Part shown: positions 27,773-32,000 of the stretch, piece after piece
How positions within the stretch are numbered: the first letter of the stretch is position 1
Layout: every line of letters starts with the position of its first letter
NCBI RefSeq assembly: GCF_023169545.1
Contig: NZ_AP019769.1
Span: forward strand, 360,001 to 392,000
Direction: 5' to 3'
DNA length: 32,000 nucleotides
Origin: Nanobdella aerobiophila
GTDB lineage: Archaea; Nanobdellota; Nanobdellia; Nanobdellales; Nanobdellaceae
Notes under the pieces: model-generated
What the model saw: only the letters and a program-made list of their open reading frames with translations
What the model was told of the DNA's origin: nothing
Databases searched by the model: none
Translations under genes and position numbers: made by a program

Positions 27773-28390
27773 TTATTGTAAGGATGAAGTTCCGCCTAGA
27801 GAACTACAAGATGCATAACCTGTAGCTGGATTTACAGAACACTCCATTATATCTAATTGCTGTGTAGGTGATATTATTAATCTCACACCCATCTCTAAAT
27901 TAGATGTTGAATATTGTATTGTTTGATTCAAACATGTAGATAATAGAGTCACATTAACCTCTGCAACTGTTTGAGCAGGTATTGCTTGTCCATATGATAA
28001 TGTCTGATTTGTATTATAATCATATACACTTGTAGATATCTCTGTAGCCAATGATGGATTATTAGCTAGATTAGCAAACAATACAGGTACTGAACAAAAT
28101 ACATCACCATTTTGATCTGTAAAATCTAATGTCCATCCACTTAATGGTATATTTGTAGATCCTAAATTATATAATACGAATGATAATGTAGCAACCGTAC
28201 CAAATTCTGAATATTGTACATCATGAATCGCAAATTGAGGAATTTCAGATTGTTGTTGAGTTAAATCTAATTTTGCTAATGATAAATTTGAATTTTTTAA
28301 GTAAATATTAACTAAAGCATAACTTGCTATTGTTGCTATGGCAACCAAAAATATAAAAAGAAATAAATTTTGAAAAGCTTGCCCTTTCAT
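27773..28390 (-). CDS. Archaeal pilin/archaellin-related secreted protein
   Basis: MKGQAFQNLFLFIFLVAIATIASYALVNIYLKN N-terminus (class III-like KGQ + hydrophobic helix), then beta-rich domain. Confidence 0.65.
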   Translation of the reverse strand: MKGQAFQNLFLFIFLVAIATIASYALVNIYLKNSNLSLAKLDLTQQQSEIPQFAIHDVQYSEFGTVATLSFVLYNLGSTNIPLSGWTLDFTDQNGDVFCSVPVLFANLANNPSLATEISTSVYDYNTNQTLSYGQAIPAQTVAEVNVTLLSTCLNQTIQYSTSNLEMGVRLIISPTQQLDIMECSVNPATGYASCSSLGGTSSLQ

Positions 28391-28391
28391 C

Positions 28392-28982
28392 TTATCCGTA
28401 TAATATTACTACTGGATATATCATTGCAGCTGGTGTTACACCTGATAAATCATATGGTTGTCCATTTGGTGGAATTACTGATATTTCCCATGTTTGTGAA
28501 GTTCCTAATGTTACATTAGAATATACTAATAATGCACCTAGATCATTTGGACCCAATACTCCATTATATAATAATCCTGAATTATCTACAGAATCATGTT
28601 CATCAATATAATAGTCCCCAGTATATGATGTTACTAGCGATGAATTTGCTATTGCACCACCATATGCAAATACTTCTCTTCCAGCTGGAGTATATAGTAT
28701 TAATGATGTTTGATTTAATAATATTGGTTGTGATCCTGGTGCTAATCTTGTATATACTAAGTATTCTTGAACTTGTTGTGTTGTTGTATTTACATTTATG
28801 CCTTCTACCCTTACAATCTCTACTGTAGTTCCAGATGTTTGCACTGTTTGTTGCGCTGCTGCTGCTGCATGTCCTTGTGCACTTGTTGTTGCTCCTATAA
28901 TTACAAATGCCGCTATTGCTGCTGTTAATGCTGCTGCTATAAATAAAACCATAGACGAAAAACCTGTACCTTGACCCTTCAT
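28392..28982 (-). CDS. Archaellin/FlaF/G-like protein
   Basis: MKGQGTGFSSMVLFIAAALTAAIAAFVIIGATTSAQGHAAAAAQQT... archaellin-like N-terminal helix; C-terminal beta domain with TWEISVIPPNGQPYDLSG. Confidence 0.72.
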   Translation of the reverse strand: MKGQGTGFSSMVLFIAAALTAAIAAFVIIGATTSAQGHAAAAAQQTVQTSGTTVEIVRVEGINVNTTTQQVQEYLVYTRLAPGSQPILLNQTSLILYTPAGREVFAYGGAIANSSLVTSYTGDYYIDEHDSVDNSGLLYNGVLGPNDLGALLVYSNVTLGTSQTWEISVIPPNGQPYDLSGVTPAAMIYPVVILYG

Positions 28983-29038
28983 TTAATATAAAAAATCTCT
29001 ATTATTTATATATATTTGCTAATCAATATTGATTATTA

Positions 29039-29113
29039 TGCCCCCGCCGGGATTTGAACCCGGGTCATAGGGACGAAAACCCTATATCCTGGACCAGACT
29101 AGACGACAGGGGC
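29039..29113 (-). tRNA. tRNA-Glu(TTC)
   Basis: Reverse complement GCCCCTGTCGTCTAGTCTGGTCCAGGATATAGGGTTTTCGTCCCTATGACCCGGGTTCAAATCCCGGCGGGGGCA; anticodon loop TTTTCGT between TAGGG/CCCTA; no encoded CCA. Confidence 0.95.
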
Positions 29114-29147
29114 AATAAGATTAAATTCTATATATCTATTTAAAAAT

Positions 29148-29390
29148 TTATTCTTTGTCAATAGAGCTTGCGAATTTATTTATATCTTCTAAATCAAAAT
29201 TAGTAAATATTACTTCTCCATATGAAAACCCCAATATATTCTTTTCACCTTTTCTCATATTTATCGTATCATCTGACTCGTCTATGATCTCATAATCATT
29301 GAAATAATCCCTCAACCTTTTAATATTGAGATTCTTATTAAACCTAATGCTAAAATCTTTTTTTCCACATAATGGGTATATTCTATACAT
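29148..29390 (-). CDS. Hypothetical protein (80 aa)
   Basis: Non-low-complexity ORF between tRNA-Glu and sufB, with room for divergent promoters; no family recognised. Confidence 0.5.
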   Translation of the reverse strand: MYRIYPLCGKKDFSIRFNKNLNIKRLRDYFNDYEIIDESDDTINMRKGEKNILGFSYGEVIFTNFDLEDINKFASSIDKE

Positions 29391-29443
29391 TATATATTAT
29401 AAATTATGATATATTTTTAAAAATATATAACATTGTTATATAT

Positions 29444-30829
29444 ATGAGTATTTTAACAAAAGAAGAGAAACTAATAGAGAAAAATAATGAAAATTATAAT
29501 ATATTAATTAGAGGGCCTCTAGATGAAAAAAAGATAAAAGAAATATCTGAATTAAAAGGAGAGCCCGATTGGATGTTCCAAATTAGACTTAAAGCATTTA
29601 AAAAGTTTCAAAATATAGATCTACCAAGATTTGGCCCTAAAATAGATATTAACTTTGATAAAATAATATACTATGGATCTCCGACAAAATACCCAAAGCC
29701 ACTCAATTGGAATGAATTGCCATCATACATGAAAGAAACCATAGAAAAATTAGGATTAAAACAAGAATTTGAGAATCTAAGCGCATTAAATGTACAATAT
29801 GACTCTATACCATTATATAAAGAAATAAAAAATTATTTAGATCAAGAAGGTATAATATTTACATCATTAGATGAAGGTGTAAAAGAATATCCTGAAATAG
29901 TAAAAAAATATTTTTCAAAGGTGGTTCCAGAAGGCGATAACAAATTTGCTGCTTTAAATACTGCAGTATGGTCTGGAGGTGTGTTTATATATGTACCTGA
30001 AAACAAAAGAATAGATTTTCCACTTCATGCATATTTCATAATAAATCTTGAAAATTTAGGTCAATTTGAAAGAACATTAATAATTACAGAAAAAAATGCA
30101 AAAGTTACATATATAGAGGGGTGTACTGCGCCAGTATATTCTTCTACCCAATTGCATGCTGCCGTAGTAGAATTATTTGCAAATGAAAATTCTAATATAA
30201 CTTATGGTACTATACAAAATTGGTCAAAAAATGTATATAATTTGGTAACTAAGAGAGCTAGAGTAGGAAAAAAAGCCAGAGTAAGATGGATATCTGGGGA
30301 ATTTGGTAGCAAAGTTACGATGCTGTATCCTGGGTTAATATTAGATGATGATGCTGAAGGAGAAATATATACCATCGGTTTTGCTACAGATAACCAAAAT
30401 ATAGATACAGGAGGGAGAATATTTGCTCTAGGAAAAAATTCTAAAGGATATATATTATCAAAGTCTATCGCGATAGGAAAAGAAAATGAATCTATATCTG
30501 TCAATAGGATAGATATAAAATTAAATAATAACGGAGAAGTTATATCAAAATGTGATTCTTTAATAGAAGAAAAAGGTAAGAGCACTTCTATACCAAGGAT
30601 AGAGAAATTTAGCAATGAAAGTAGTTATAATCACGAAGCAAAAATGGAAAAAATCAATGATGAAAAAATATTATATTTAAGATCATTAGGTATAGAAGAA
30701 AAAGAAGCTAGAAGGTTATTCCTATTAGGATTTATGGATGATATATTAAATAATTTTCCAGAATCATATAAATTAGAAATAAAAAGGATATTGGATTTGG
30801 AATTAGAAGAAATTGGTGGATTTGGATGA
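29444..30829 (+). CDS. sufB: Fe-S cluster assembly scaffold SufB
   Basis: MSILTKEEKL...RGPLDEKKIKEISELKGEPDWMFQIRLKAFKKF; YIEGCTAP; SIKSIAIGKENESIS...; typical SufB. Internal ATG at 29444 preferred over 29372. Confidence 0.92.
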   Translation: MSILTKEEKLIEKNNENYNILIRGPLDEKKIKEISELKGEPDWMFQIRLKAFKKFQNIDLPRFGPKIDINFDKIIYYGSPTKYPKPLNWNELPSYMKETIEKLGLKQEFENLSALNVQYDSIPLYKEIKNYLDQEGIIFTSLDEGVKEYPEIVKKYFSKVVPEGDNKFAALNTAVWSGGVFIYVPENKRIDFPLHAYFIINLENLGQFERTLIITEKNAKVTYIEGCTAPVYSSTQLHAAVVELFANENSNITYGTIQNWSKNVYNLVTKRARVGKKARVRWISGEFGSKVTMLYPGLILDDDAEGEIYTIGFATDNQNIDTGGRIFALGKNSKGYILSKSIAIGKENESISVNRIDIKLNNNGEVISKCDSLIEEKGKSTSIPRIEKFSNESSYNHEAKMEKINDEKILYLRSLGIEEKEARRLFLLGFMDDILNNFPESYKLEIKRILDLELEEIGGFG

Positions 30830-32000
30830 TGATGGATCCGTACAAAATTAGATTAGATTTCCCAATATTAAAAAGAAAAATAAATGGAAAGGATTTGGTA
30901 TATTTTGATAATGCAGCAACAACCCAGAAGCCATTGAGAATAATAGAAAAATTTACAGAGGTATATACAAAATATTATGCAAATATACATAGAGGTATTC
31001 ATACTTTATCTCAGGAAGCATCCGATATGTACGAAGATGCTCATAGAATAGTCTCTGAACATCTAAATGCTAACGATTGGAGAGAAATAATATTTACAAA
31101 AAATACTACAGAGTCTATTAACTTAGTAGCATATTCTTATGGAATAAACAAGCTCAAGAAAGATGATAAGATAATAATAACAAAAATGGAACATCATGCA
31201 AATTTAGTACCATGGCAACAAGTTGCTAGAAAAACAGGAGCAAAAATAGAATATATAGACTTTAATAAGGATTATAGATTAGATATTGATCAAGCAGAAA
31301 AAATAATTGATGATAAAACCAGAATAGTGGCAATAACTCATGCCTCAAATGTATTAGGCACTATAAACCCTATAAAAGATATAATAAAAATTGCTCATGA
31401 ACATGACGCGATCGTTTTAATTGATGCTGCGCAAAGCATTCCACACAATAAGATAGATGTAAAAAAATATGATATGGATTTTTTAGCATTTAGTGCACAC
31501 AAAATGATGGGACCTGATGGGATAGGGGTATTGTATGGAAAAGAAGAGATATTAGAAAAAATGGATCCATTCTTAACTGGAGGTGATATGATAAAGGATG
31601 TAGATCTTTACAATGCTGAATGGAACGATCTACCATGGAAATTTGAAGCTGGTACACCAAATATCGCTGGTGGGATCGTATTTGGAGAAACAATAAAATA
31701 TATAAAAGATATAGGTATAGAAAATATTGAAGAATATGATAGATATATAACAAAATATTTTATTGATAAATATAATGATTATAAATTAGATGATATTATG
31801 TTAATAGGTCCTAATGATTATAAAGAGAGAACACCTACATTTTCATTCTATACTAAAAGGTATAGATCTCATCAAATTGCAAAACTATTGGATCTTGAAG
31901 GTATTGCTGTAAGATCTGGATTTCACTGTGCACATCCACTATTAAAAAATATTAATATATTAAATAATAATTTATATAACCTAGGAGGAACTTTTAGAGC
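30826..32000 (+). CDS. sufS: Cysteine desulfurase SufS family, partial (3' end beyond window)
   Basis: DFPILKRKINGKDLVYFDNAATTQKP; NIHRGIHTLSQEASDMYE; FTKNTTESINLVAYS; DAAQSIPHNKIDVKKYDMDFLAFSAHKMMGPDGIGVLYG; GIAVRSGFHCAHP. The start overlaps the sufB stop. Confidence 0.93.
   Translation, partial: MMMDPYKIRLDFPILKRKINGKDLVYFDNAATTQKPLRIIEKFTEVYTKYYANIHRGIHTLSQEASDMYEDAHRIVSEHLNANDWREIIFTKNTTESINLVAYSYGINKLKKDDKIIITKMEHHANLVPWQQVARKTGAKIEYIDFNKDYRLDIDQAEKIIDDKTRIVAITHASNVLGTINPIKDIIKIAHEHDAIVLIDAAQSIPHNKIDVKKYDMDFLAFSAHKMMGPDGIGVLYGKEEILEKMDPFLTGGDMIKDVDLYNAEWNDLPWKFEAGTPNIAGGIVFGETIKYIKDIGIENIEEYDRYITKYFIDKYNDYKLDDIMLIGPNDYKERTPTFSFYTKRYRSHQIAKLLDLEGIAVRSGFHCAHPLLKNINILNNNLYNLGGTFR

Noticed and set aside
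24689-28828. Track ORFs 24689..24922 and 28532..28828 (+) with His/Tyr/Leu repeats
   Set aside because: Opposite-strand shadows of the surface protein and archaellin genes.
30202-31753. Track ORFs 30202..30615 and 31490..31753 (-)
   Set aside because: Antisense to sufB and sufS.

Overview
This is a gene-dense, strongly AT-rich archaeal window with many short overlaps between neighbouring genes. It is probably from a reduced DPANN/Nanoarchaeota-like genome; that placement is inferred from gene content and architecture, not from a search. Identifiable core genes are partial kae1, rps6e, an inorganic-pyrophosphatase-like ORF, aIF5B/IF2, an ABC-2 exporter pair, ndk, rpl24e, rps28e, an editing-less ThrRS, two adjacent tRNA-splicing endonuclease subunits, a RumA/TrmA-type m5U methyltransferase, and sufB-sufS (sufS runs off the window). 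There are four tRNAs (Lys, Asp, Thr, Glu). Accessory content consists of: (i) a type IV pilus/archaellum-like membrane platform split into two divergently transcribed genes, one carrying an extra C-terminal beta-rich domain; (ii) a compact N-glycosylation cluster (AglB-like OST, GPT-like transferase, and a flippase fused to an unidentified N-terminal domain); (iii) an archaellin/pilin locus with a 1132-aa sequon-rich beta-helix surface protein; and (iv) at about 23.3-24.27 kb, a '+'-strand island of decayed genes absent from the ORF track. I reconstructed that island by hand as an MNT nucleotidyltransferase + HEPN toxin-antitoxin pair followed by a DUF123 (GIY-YIG-like) nuclease remnant. I found no intact new defence system and no CRISPR array. 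The strongest novelty leads are the split platform protein, the Kae1 insertion, the active-site-degenerate PPase-like protein and the flippase fusion.
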